From assembly GCA_964106915.2 (NCBI GenBank), contig OZ066921.1: a stretch of DNA of 64,000 nucleotides; one strand, 5' to 3'. The notes beneath the pieces were generated by a model, which made no database searches, was not told the origin of the DNA, and saw nothing but the letters and a program-made list of their open reading frames with translations. Within the stretch, counting starts at the first letter, position 1; every line of letters begins with the position of its first letter. Shown here piece after piece: positions 25,982 through 36,847 of this stretch. Position numbers and translations under genes: made by a program. Source of the DNA: Podarcis gaigeae. Taxonomy: Eukaryota.

Positions 25982-26353
25982 GAATCTGACAAAGGGACAA
26001 TGTGCATGAACTGGAAAAATTAAATGCAGCTCCCTTCCATGATTGGTTGGAAGATATGTACAAACTCACTACACATGAACAAGTTGCATACAAATGTAGA
26101 CTTGCCATGGACAAATTTAGTGAAAGTTGGAATTCATTTTTATAAATACGGTAATAAGTTAAGGTCTGGTTAACTATAATGACAATTTTTTAAAAGGTAT
26201 ACAAGTTTTTGGTGCCTCCCCCATTCTGTTTTGTTTTTACAGGTGTGTTGCTTCTTTCTTCTTTGCATATTATCTTACTGTGCACTGGTAATTATGTACT
26301 TTTTATCCTTCAATAAAATAATAAAATAATAATAATAATAATAGAAGAAGAAG
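25982..26353 (+). mobile_element. L1/Tx1-like LINE 3' fragment
   Basis: Remnant WLEDMYKLTTHEQVAYKCRLAMDKFSESWNSFL*, AATAAA, (aat)n(gaa)n tail; ~20-bp TSD aagaactggaaggg(c/t)acttg at 25962 and 26354. Confidence 0.8.
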
Positions 26354-27470
26354 AAGAACTGGAAGGGTACTTGCTGTCAAACACCCGACTAAATTCCACA
26401 GTGATTTACTTTATTGCACTGCAATTATACCCACTGCTGAAGTCTGTCAAAATTATTTACTATCCAGTGCAGAAGTAATAAGGGTTGTGTGAAATGCCCT
26501 CCAATTTTGATATTAATCTCAAAATCAGCACATTCCACACAGCTGAACAAATGTCTAGAAATGACGCCTCGGCAATCATCCACATTGTTTCAGTGATGCA
26601 CAGCACTGCTTTGACCCCCTGGCAACGGTTTCTTCTGAGCACCATTTTGATTTCTCTTCTTTGCCCTTAATGCTCTTGGACTTACTTGCCTGCCCTGCTC
26701 TTCAGCCTGGTTGGCTAGCGATGATCCGTTCTATGATATTTGCAAGTGCTCACGTCCTCACTGTATTGGATGTAGCTTTGTAGATGGGATGCTACTGGCA
26801 AAACTCGGAGGTTGCCCCAGCCAATAAGATTAAACACCAACAAAGGCCAACGAGGTTGGGGACTTTGAGATTTAAAAAAAGACAAATGGCACTGGGAACA
26901 GCATGGAAACGATTTAAGCGGGCTTATGAATGCCATAAATTGCTGAAAAAGAAAGGCAGTGTTCATTACAAAACAAGGCAAGTTGTTTAGATTTTACCCT
27001 TAGAGTAACCAGCAGTGGTGACATGCGAATTTTGGAGGGGGCTGTGGAGTGATGTAGAGAGTCATGGCTTCTGTGAGATGTGGCCTCTGTCACATCTGTG
27101 ATCCAGCGAACTTGAAGCAAAGTCTGCCTTCTCAATGGGGGCGATTGTGGGTCCGTGGCTCAGTGGTACAGCATCAGCTTTGAGTGTTAAAGGTCCCAGG
27201 TTCTATCCCTAGGTCCAGAAATTGTGGCAAAAAACTCCACCACCAGCCGTAACTGGGGCCCATCAGAAATTGCCCAGTGGATTGCACCCCACCTCCTCTG
27301 TATCATAGACGCAGGAGTGGCCTGGTCTGTCTCTGCTCCCAAGGTGAAATGGGAACTGCTCCCAACTTGGCAGCCCCAAAGCTCTTTATGGCCCACCTTT
27401 TTAGGTTGAATAGTGAACCTCTCTCTGGTTGCTTAAAAACGAAAAAAGCTTGCTAGCACTGCATGCCAAT

Positions 27471-28212
27471 GGAGCTTTATTAAGTACAAACCCCAAAATT
27501 TGGGAGACTGTGCCATTCAGGCAAATTTACAAAGCCCCTCCTAAACGCCTGTGTTAGTTAGAAGACTTTTATCTGTTATAAAAAAAACTCAATGAAAAAT
27601 ACTTTAAAGAAAAAAACACTCCATATTTGAAACTATAGACTAGCAAGTTCTGTTTCTCGAAAGGACAGGGGTATTGACCAGGTTTGATGTGTTACTTATT
27701 GTGATTTTTACGGGGCAAGGCAAAACATTGGGTTTGTGCTCCAAAATGGTGCAAATGGAGTCAATTGATGCTGCCAACTACAGTGCCATTAAGTAGGATC
27801 CCAGGTTTTAGTATCAATTCCTCATTTTTGGAGTGGGGTTTGTGGTGCAGAAGGGTTTGAAATTCTTGCAAAAGTTTGGGACCGGTTTGGAGTGAATTGG
27901 ACAATACTGGGTTTGGCAGGGATACCTGTGGCCCCTAGCCTGAGTATCTCAGTTACTCAGTTTGGGGAGTGGTACAAAACATGGGGTTTGCAGTACAAAA
28001 CTATTGCAAAAGTTTGGTACCAGTTTGGAGTAAATCAGACAATGCTGCATTTGGGGGTGTTAACTATGAACCCCAGATTGAGAAACAATTGCTCAGTTGG
28101 GGGGTGGTACATTACACAGGGTTCTCAGTACAAAACAGCACAAAATGAGTAAAATTATTTGGCACCAGTTGAGGAAATCCCAAATTTTGGGGTTTATACT
28201 TAACAAAGCTCC
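27471..28212. mobile_element. Old DNA transposon with ~35-bp TIRs and degenerate ~138-bp internal repeats
   Basis: ggagctttattaagtacaaaccccaaaatttggga / tcccaaattttggggtttatacttaacaaagctcc. Confidence 0.7.
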
Positions 28213-29994
28213 TGAATGGGGTGAGGGGAAGAGTCAAGTCTTTGAGAAACTGGTAATCAAATTTCTCTCAAAGAAGACCACACTGCAGTTCTAACTTCTG
28301 TAAAGAGTTTATCACACTATAGATGTTAATGAGCGAAGCCAGGATGTCTATGCTATCGTCTCCAGCAACTGTTTTATGAATGGCTGCTGTTAATAAGGCG
28401 ATTATCACTGTCTGTGGTCTCTGCATTTCATTTTCCTCTGTCCTCACTGTTTACAATCCTCCCCTCCCTGGCAACATCTATATAACACATCATGCACATA
28501 ACAACATAGATTGTAGAATATGAAAGCTTACAGCCACCATTAAGGATGAGCTAATCTGTCAATTTCACTTATTTCAGTTATAAGTTAAGTTCTCCATGTT
28601 AGTTTGTGCATGTTTTCTATAAAGCCCTCAAGGAAAATTCATCAGTATCTTAGTGCAAATTTCTTCTCATGTACACATTTTTGTGTGCCATCTTCCACAA
28701 TACAGTGGTACTTTGGTACACGAATGGCTTGGCTTCCGAACAAATCGGCTCCCGAACACCGGAAACCCGGAAGTGTTCTGGTTTGTGAACGTTTTCCGGA
28801 AGCCAAACATCCAATGCAGCTTCCGATTGAGTGCAGGAAGCTCCTACAGCCAATCAGAAGCCTCCCTTTGGTTTTTGAACGGTTTCGGGAGTTGAACGGA
28901 CTCCTGGAATGGATTAAGTTTTCACATTGTTTCATAAAGGGATTTTGAACTGGATTGAATCTCTCACACAGCTCTCCCTACACACAGCTCTCTCTGTACC
29001 ACATCCTTCAGCATCCACCACCTGAGGCAGCTGCCTCTTTCTGTTTAATGGTAGCACCAGCCGTGCACCAGTCCCACAACTCTCCGATAAATGATGGCAG
29101 CCCCCAGACACAGATACTGTTTCCTGCTCCCACTAGGTAGGTTTATTGAGGGGTCTAACCAGAGGGCACTGTGCTGAGAAATAATCAATGCTTCATCATT
29201 GCAACCTAGGATAATGCTAATGCTGGGCCTGGCAGCAAGGGATGTCAAATTTTAATAGCCCCTTACACCAAAAACTCCCTGCATGTAGAAACTTAGCACA
29301 TCTCGATTCCCCACAACCTTTCTCCTTGACATGCTAACTTTCCACATGCAAGGCACTTCTGAGATAAGAGAAGCATTCAAAACAATTGCCAAGTGGTGCT
29401 GTCCCAGGGCAACTGTGGTGTGTGTTTTTCCTTAATATTTGAATTGGCTTTCACGTGCTGCTGTCTGTAGCTGTTCTTTAGCCCTTGAACAGTAACCTGG
29501 AAAGGCCTGAACAACACTCTGCACTGGTGAGTCATCTGCTGACAGCAGCAAAGTCAGCCCTAAACACAGGTTTGAGGACAAGGCAGATTCAGAGTTTGTC
29601 ACAACAGATCTCAGAATGGGGAGCACATGGGAATCATGAACAGGACCTGTGAGCTCTCTCACACAGGATCAGAAAGAGCCCACAGACCACTTCTTTTCAT
29701 TTCACTTTCCCTCCTTCCCCATTTCATTAAATATTGATTTTCTTTTTGTTTCTAGCTACATTTTTTTCAAAACAGCTTCTTTTCATTGAACTGAAGTGTG
29801 ATTTTTGTTCTGTAATATTTTGTCATTTCTATGGTTTGCAAACTTCTTTCTGCCTGAGAGATGGATATTTCCACTGTCTCAGCCACAAATATGGATTGTC
29901 TGGACCTCATATTTTTGTTTTACCCTTAGAACACGTAACATTGTGTTTCAGAGGATCTTCCATTATTGTTGTTGTTGGTTTTTTTAAAAAAAAA

Positions 29995-30293
29995 CACAAA
30001 TAAATATGAGATTTAGTGGGGTATATAAAATTCAGCATCAGACCCTCCCTGTGATCTTAGGCTGAAGTAATAATAAAAATAGCAGTAAAAAACCCCCACA
30101 AATAAATATGAGATTTAGTGGGGTATATAAAATTCAGCATCAGACCATCCCTGTGATCTTAGTCTGAAGTAATAATAAAAATAGCAGTAAAAAACCCCCA
30201 CAAATAAATATGAGATTTAGTGGGGTGTATAAAATTCAGCATCAGACCCTCCCTGTGATCTTAGGCTGAAGTAATAATAAAAAATAGCAGTAA
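29995..30293. repeat. Tandem repeat, 3 x 102 bp, near-identical units
   Basis: Units start at 29995, 30097 and 30199 (cacaaataaatatgagatttagtgggg...). Confidence 0.95.
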
Positions 30294-31509
30294 TACTGAC
30301 AACAGAAAAATCAGCAGAGCTCTTTTTTCTCCCACAATGCCTTTCCCAACATGGTGTCCTCCAGATGTTTTGGACTATTGATCCCATCAGCCCCAGTCAC
30401 CACAGCCAATGGTTAAGGATGATGGAAGTTGTAGTCCAACCATGTCTGGGCTGCACAACCATGTTAGTAAAGGCTGGGCGGGGGCATTGTGCTGAGTGTG
30501 TTTGTGGAAACTGTGACCAGCACCCGCAAATGCTACATCTAGAGCATTAGGTGGGGGGAAATGTTGTTCAGGAGCCATCGTTTTTCTGTAGTAATTTTCT
30601 GTTGTCTCTGAAGAAAGAGCAAAGGCAGAGCCAACACAATCTGGCATTTCACCACTTTAGATTGAACATCAATGCATTGTTCAGATATCTATACACTGCA
30701 TAAATTCCTATTTTAAAAAGAACCCAGAATTTCCCAACAATTTTGAGAATTGCCTTATGCAATTCCAGTCTCAGCCACTGCTTCCCATCCACCTTCTGTT
30801 TCTGAGGTACCCCGTCAAAACACACACTTCCAAACAGAAGATTAATATTGCAGAAACATTTTATGGAATAACCTGACAAAGTTAGAAGCAGTCCGGGGCA
30901 CTATAGCCTGTTTTCTTTAATCCCCCGAGTCATGCTCCACAGTTGATGCTAGCATTGAGGCATTGAGAGTTGGGTGTGCCAACACAGCTTGCCCCCTCCC
31001 ATGGCACGGTTCCTTTGCCAGGGCCAACCAAAGCATTCTTGGTCCCGAAACTTGGCCTGGAACCAGTCTGAAATGGATCCAGATCATTAATTTCATCCAG
31101 AACTGCCTCAACCTGTTCAGCTTATTTTCCTGGGAAAGCTTAATGTCTTGAGTAAGAAATGGAGCTTTGCTGATCACTTGTTATATTCTGAATGTATGGA
31201 AATTGCAGTCATCTCATATACCAGAAACAAAGAGCTAAAGATGGATTGTCTACACTACCACTAGACAAAGTCATGGAGCACAGGGCTACCAATGACTACT
31301 AGGCAAGGTGAGTACATGTAACTTGCAGGGTCAAATGCCTCAGAATTACCAGTTACTGGGGAACAGCAGTGAGAAAGGTGCTGTTGCTTGTGGGCTTCCC
31401 ATAAGTATCTAGTTGGCCACTGTGGAAAACAGGATACTGGGCCTTTTGTCTGATTAAACAACACTCTTCTTAAATATCACTTGCTGGGGTAACATTTGGA
31501 GGAGGAAGG

Positions 31510-31525
31510 TTGCCCCCTAGTGGTC
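31510..31525 (-). promoter_or_regulatory. Candidate CTCF motif
   Basis: Minus strand GACCACTAGGGGGCAA matches the CCASYAGRKGGC core; motif match only. Confidence 0.45.
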
Positions 31526-31679
31526 CAGTGATTTGTGGCACTTTCCCTAAGCACGTTGCAGCTACATGCTTAACAAATCTACGGTTTCCAGGATTTTTGA
31601 GAAGCCATCGCTGATCGAGGTGGCATGACAATGCAGGTGGGACTTCTCTTTCACTTGCATCACCATCATCATCTATTCT

Positions 31680-32175
31680 GCCTGGCTTTCAATTTGAATT
31701 TAGCCTGATCTTTTATTCCCCTTCCTTCCCTCCCCCTCCCCTTTTTATTAAGGTTACCCGCTCTGGGATCCCACAGCTAATTCTCCCCTGGCCTCCTTGC
31801 TGGCCCAAATAGGACTAATTTAGCCAGCTGGCCCTGGTGATCATCTAATGTTTATTGGATGGATTTCACCCTAAATTGATTTTTGAACTTTAAATTTGTT
31901 TTTTTACTTCTTTTTAAAAAAAATTATTAAAGATTTTCTTGTTTTACAGAAGTATGTGTAATGTCTCTCATATTTTTTTCCATGTAACATTTTTACAAAT
32001 CAGTTTCATTTGTTGAGACATTGTGGGGGGGAGAACTTTGAATTTGTTATTCACGCTTTTATACTGTATTTTATGCTGGGTTGTTTTTTTGTATCACAAT
32101 TAAGTGTTTTAAATTTGTTGTTAGCCGTCCTGAGCCCAGTTTTCTGAACCGGGAAGGGTGGGGTATAAATAAAAA
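31680..32175 (+). mobile_element. L2-like LINE 3' end containing an antisense retroposed insert (~31901-32032)
   Basis: L2-type end gttagccgtcctgag...gggtataaataaa; insert bounded by a 16-bp TSD gaacttt(a/g)aatttgtt; other L2 tails near 20-180, 500-575, 20000-20095, 21640-21860, 44940-45220. Confidence 0.6.
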
Positions 32176-32818
32176 AATATCATCATCATCATCTCTTTCT
32201 CCCCCCCCCCCCATTCCTTCCTTCCTTTTCTTTGGACAGCGACGTGGCTGTTTGAAGCACCCAAGCCCTACCGCTCTTGCTAATTTGCCTCTCCCTTCAT
32301 TGCCTCCCTGCTCCTGCCAAGCCCTGCTGCCAGGGGGCCATTCTCACTTTGGCGCAACATGCAAAGGTCGGTGTCCAGTGGCCAAGCAGCACAAGTGACC
32401 CTCTGCTTCATGGATCGACCTTTTCAGAGTAAAGAGAGAGTTTCTGCCTCCATTTAAAGCACTATTACGCTACTTTATACAGCCATGGCTTTCCCCCAAA
32501 GAATCATGGGAGATGTCAGTTGTTAAGAATGCTGAGAGCTGTTAGGAGACGTCTGTTCCTCTCACAGAGCGACAATTCCCAACGAGGTTTAACAATCGAT
32601 CCCTCTTTCTAGGGGGCTATGGGAATTATAGTTCTGTGTGGGGAACAGGGGTCTGCCAACAACTCCTAGCACCCCAACAAACTGCAGTACTCAGGATTAT
32701 TTGGGGGTTAAAAGTTAATGACTGTTAAAAGTGGCCTAAGAGTGCTTTAAATGTATGGTGATGATGTGCTCCAAGTCTCCAAAAAATCATCAAAAAATAG
32801 CTAACCTTTCCCAGCATC

Positions 32819-32849
<31 letters not shown>

Positions 32850-32914
32850 CGATGTTTAAAAAACAAAACAGAGCACATAAGATAGTGGTAGGGAGAAATC
32901 AGTACAGGCCACTA

Positions 32915-35900
32915 AAAATTAAAACATTCATTTATTAGAATATTTATGTAAAAAGACTCTCTTTACACTTCTTTTTTTTATACAATAGTTGTTTTTTCAT
33001 TGCTTTATCAGCTCCCGCTGGAGAGAGAACATTTGTACATGAAAGCACATACAGGCTACTGCGGTCTACTGATCTCTGCTCAGCCTGAAGCAGAGAGCTA
33101 TGGCAAGGCCCAGGTTAGGTCGAGAGTACACAGAGCCGTGTGGTGGGAGTGGGAGCGAGACGAATGAGCCCCCTTCTGCCGCTCTTCCCCCCTCTTACCT
33201 GTGCCGCTTGCAGCTCTTCCCCTCTTGTGTGTTTGTTGTGGGGGGAGCATGCTGGAGAAAGGAGAGGGTGTTGCTATTTGGGTGGGAGAAAAGATGGACA
33301 GGTTTGCACAGAGAGCTATTAACAGGCCTAGTCTAGCCGTCCCGGCTGGAGCCGGGAGGGACCAGACAGAGCGAGCGGCAAATCACAACACCATTTTTAT
33401 TTTATTTTTGCGCAGGCGGACACTGTATGGCTAAAAAGGCACAGCACAGGGGGCAGAAAATTAAAATGCCCCCTTCGGGATGGGGTGGGATGGGGGTGAG
33501 GAACTAAGAACTACTGGAAGGGGGGGAACAGCAGGCACCAGCATGGCTCTGTAAAGGGCACACTTCTTGAAAGAAGCTTCAATAACAGAATTGCAATATC
33601 CAGAACTGGTGTCTAAAGTGCAGAAACTCATTCTAATCTCTACCTTAGTCTTATCATCACCACCAACACACCCATCCTCAGAAAGGGGGGGGGGGACAAA
33701 CACAATCAGCTCAGACTGGGCAGATACAGATCACTTCAGTGCAGGGCAGTAACCTAACACACAGGATTGCCCCCCCCCCCAAACCCACCAGACATCCCAC
33801 AAGCCCTGTGGGAGATGAAGACACAAATATCAGGAGGGTGCCAGGATGGGAAAGGCTGCCCTCTCGTCCTCCAGATATTAGACTACAATTCTCATCATCC
33901 CAGGCATGTTGGCAGATGTTGTAGTCAAGCGACATTTGGAGGGTCATAGGGTCCCAAACCCCCTGGTATAGAGCGGAAAGCAACCTCACTGAGCAAGACA
34001 GTTCTATGCTCCTTTCTGAATTCCTTTCTTTTTCTTTGGGGGTAAGCAATGGGGAATCCCTGCAATGCCTTCACAGGAAAGCCATCTTTGGCTAAGGGCC
34101 AACTCTACGAAGGGAGCAGACCGCTCTTTGATGGAGCTCGTCATTTGAGAATGCAGGGGTGCAGCTGAAAGACTCCCATATACCCACCTATCTATAAATG
34201 CCCAGCATATTGGAAACAACCATGTCAGAGCAAAAATTATAACCCGCATTCAGATTCCCCACCTTCACATGTGAGAACATTCAATCATGCCCCTTCCGCC
34301 ACCTGCCGCTTTGAAGAGGCACCGTCTCAGCCATGTGATTTGCTTGCTCTGTAGGCAACACTTTGTCTTTGTGAACCCCCACCTGGGAGATGGGAGGGGA
34401 TTTCCTGGAACTTCCAGACACGAAAGCCTTGCTATTATTTGCAAGGTTGGATTTATTCCCGGTTGTAGAATAGTTGTGGCGCTCCACCATAATACATAAT
34501 TTGGTTGTCAAGGATGGAGACGTGAGTTTTATAGGCTAGAATAATGAGGGGCTAGATTTTTGGAAACCAGAAGTAAGGTAACTGAAAGAGGCACTGGGAG
34601 CAGCTCTGGGGTAGCCAATGTGAGTGCCCTCCAAAATGGCGGACTCCAACTCCCATCATCCCCAACCAGCATGGCCAATGGTCAGGAGTGATAAAAGCTG
34701 TAGTCCAAAACATATGGAGGGCACCAAGTTGGGAACAACTGGCCTAGCACCATCTATTGGAGGAGCATGCCCACTGCAGAGTAAAGGACAGAGGGAGAGC
34801 TGAGTCTAGCAGGCAGATGAGGGAAAACAGAGCTGAGAGGAGCTCATCAGAGGGCAATGGGTCATAAACCAGTTAAAGGATGCCCCTGTTGAGATAGTTC
34901 TCTCTGGAAGGAGAAGCAGCTGGCTCCTCTGCAGCTGATATTGCTAAAAGGTAATGCCCAAACCCAGCTACCTATTAGAATTCATGCTGTCAAGTTTATA
35001 GGCAGGAAAAAAAGGCTATTAAAGCTTTTCACAGAAGCAGCCTTTGCCAACCTGGTATCTTCCAGACATTTTGGACTACAACTCCCATCTGCTCCAGCCT
35101 GCATTGGTTGTGGCTGATGAGAAACTGCATACCCAAAGCATCCGCAAGGCACAAGGTTGGCAAAGGGCAAGTGGAACAGCCCTCTGCGCAGGCACCCTAA
35201 GTGCCCTTTGTGGAATAATTTGACGCCTTTTAAAGAAACAGATACCCTGTGCCGTTGTTTTTTTAAGGTTAAAATAAACCAGCAATTATATATGTACAGC
35301 CATGTATTTGTCTTTGGTCAACAAAATGCTCTTTGTGTGTGTTTTTTAAAAGGTAATTTGGATTATAAGATGAGAAAGTGGGTAACTCCAGGAAAAGAGG
35401 GGAAGGTATGCTGGAGAATTTTAGACAGGTGACGGCATGTGATCGGTCCCTGGTGTTGGAGCACACTTACCGCTCAGGTTCTAGGAGCAAACAGCTTAGT
35501 TACACTTAACAGACTTGTGAAACAAAAAGAAACCAGGTGACTCTGAAATTTGGAACGTCCAAAAGGCTAGAATAATTTTCTTATGGCTTCATGGGATTTT
35601 AAAAGAAATCCACAAACTCTATATGATTGGAATGCTTTGTTAACCCAACCAACCACCTGGTGCAGAAAACTGGTGTCAGAAAAATGCCGCACTCCTTCCA
35701 AGCCAGAAGTGCTCTAAAATAAAATTTAAAAAATCACGCCTGGTTTAAAGCACGCCTGGCTCAGTGTTTTCTTTCAAGAGCCCTCTTTAGCGGAGAAGCT
35801 ACTGCCAAAGCCATCTCTAGAAGACGACAAGCAAAATATACAGAAAAAAATGAAGAGAAGTGCAGCTGGTGATTTAAAGCCATACTCGAATCCCAGAGTT

Positions 35901-36390
35901 CCAGCTTCACCACTGGCCCACAGGAATGCCAGGGACCGGCTTGGGGTGACACAACATGCCACCCCGCCCCAGACTGTGCTATACCTGATACAAGATGCAC
36001 TTCCTCGTCTTCTCCAGTGTGTTTGGAAAAGAAAATCAGAGCAGCAACAAAGCAAGAAGGAGAAAAGAGAGGGCTCTCTAAAGTGCAAATTAACAAGAGG
36101 CTTCAGGTGCCTAAACGAAAGCAGTCTCTTGGCGCTAAGGGGAAATGTAGCAGTGGGGCAAAGCATGCCACCCTCCCCATCCCAGAGGAAGGGGTGCTCT
36201 TCTTAATGCAGAAAAGGGGATGAGCAGGGCTCTGGCATTTTTCAGAACAAGGGATTTTGGTCACCCACTATGCCTGCCGCTTTCCTTAGCAAAACAGCCA
36301 AGCTGGAATAAGATGTGCATTCCGTTTGGGTTATTATTTCTCACCTCCTAGTAAAGCTTCCAAAATGAAGAGCACAAAGAGAGGGGGGGG

Positions 36391-36426
<36 letters not shown>

Positions 36427-36518
36427 GAGGAGAAAGCAACTGAGAAAAGCCCAAGGTATGTGTGTGTTTGCAGGAAGCTCCCCCTACTGGTCAGGTGTAG
36501 AAGTGCATGGGGAGGAGC
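32915..36518 (-). other. SLC9A1: Probable SLC9A1 3' UTR (~3.6 kb)
   Basis: Runs from the stop codon to an AATAAA in an AU-rich block followed by U-rich downstream sequence; the end point is inferred. Confidence 0.6.
32931..32936 (-). terminator. Probable polyadenylation signal of SLC9A1
   Basis: tttatt on + = AATAAA on -; downstream on - is U/GU-rich (tgtgctctgtttttgtttttt). Confidence 0.6.
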
Positions 36519-36847
36519 TCACTGGCCTTTGGGGATGAAGGGTTCCCCCTCGTCAGGATCGGGCCTAGGCCCAGGGTCACTCAAGCATCGCATTATCCGC
36601 TGGTTACTGGGGCTGTCGCCAGTTCCAGGGGTGAACACGTCATCTGTGCCTGGAGAGGAAGGTTCTTTGGCCCGCATTACCAGCCCCTGCTCATCCTCAT
36701 CTTCCTCTGGGGATGGAGGGAGGCGGCTCATTCCCTTCAGTGCCTCATTCACCAAGTCAACAGATTCTGGAGACTGCGGGGACGCAGGGTCGATGGTGAT
36801 GATAGGGAGGTTCTCGGAGTCCGGCTTGGGGTCATAAGCTAGAGGGT
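36519..36847 (-). CDS. SLC9A1: SLC9A1 exon 12, coding part to the TGA stop
   Basis: DPLAYDPKP...[19 protein letters not shown]...EEDEDE...RCLSDPGP...EPFIPKGQ*; acceptor ctccag|AC in phase with exon 11. Confidence 0.97.

Noticed and set aside
29995-30293. CRISPR-like or other spacer array
   Set aside because: Head-to-tail near-identical units without unique spacers, in a vertebrate genome.
1-32900. A second protein-coding gene (e.g. TENT5B) downstream of SLC9A1
   Set aside because: No ORF or exon with recognisable protein similarity; short ORFs are repeat-derived or random.
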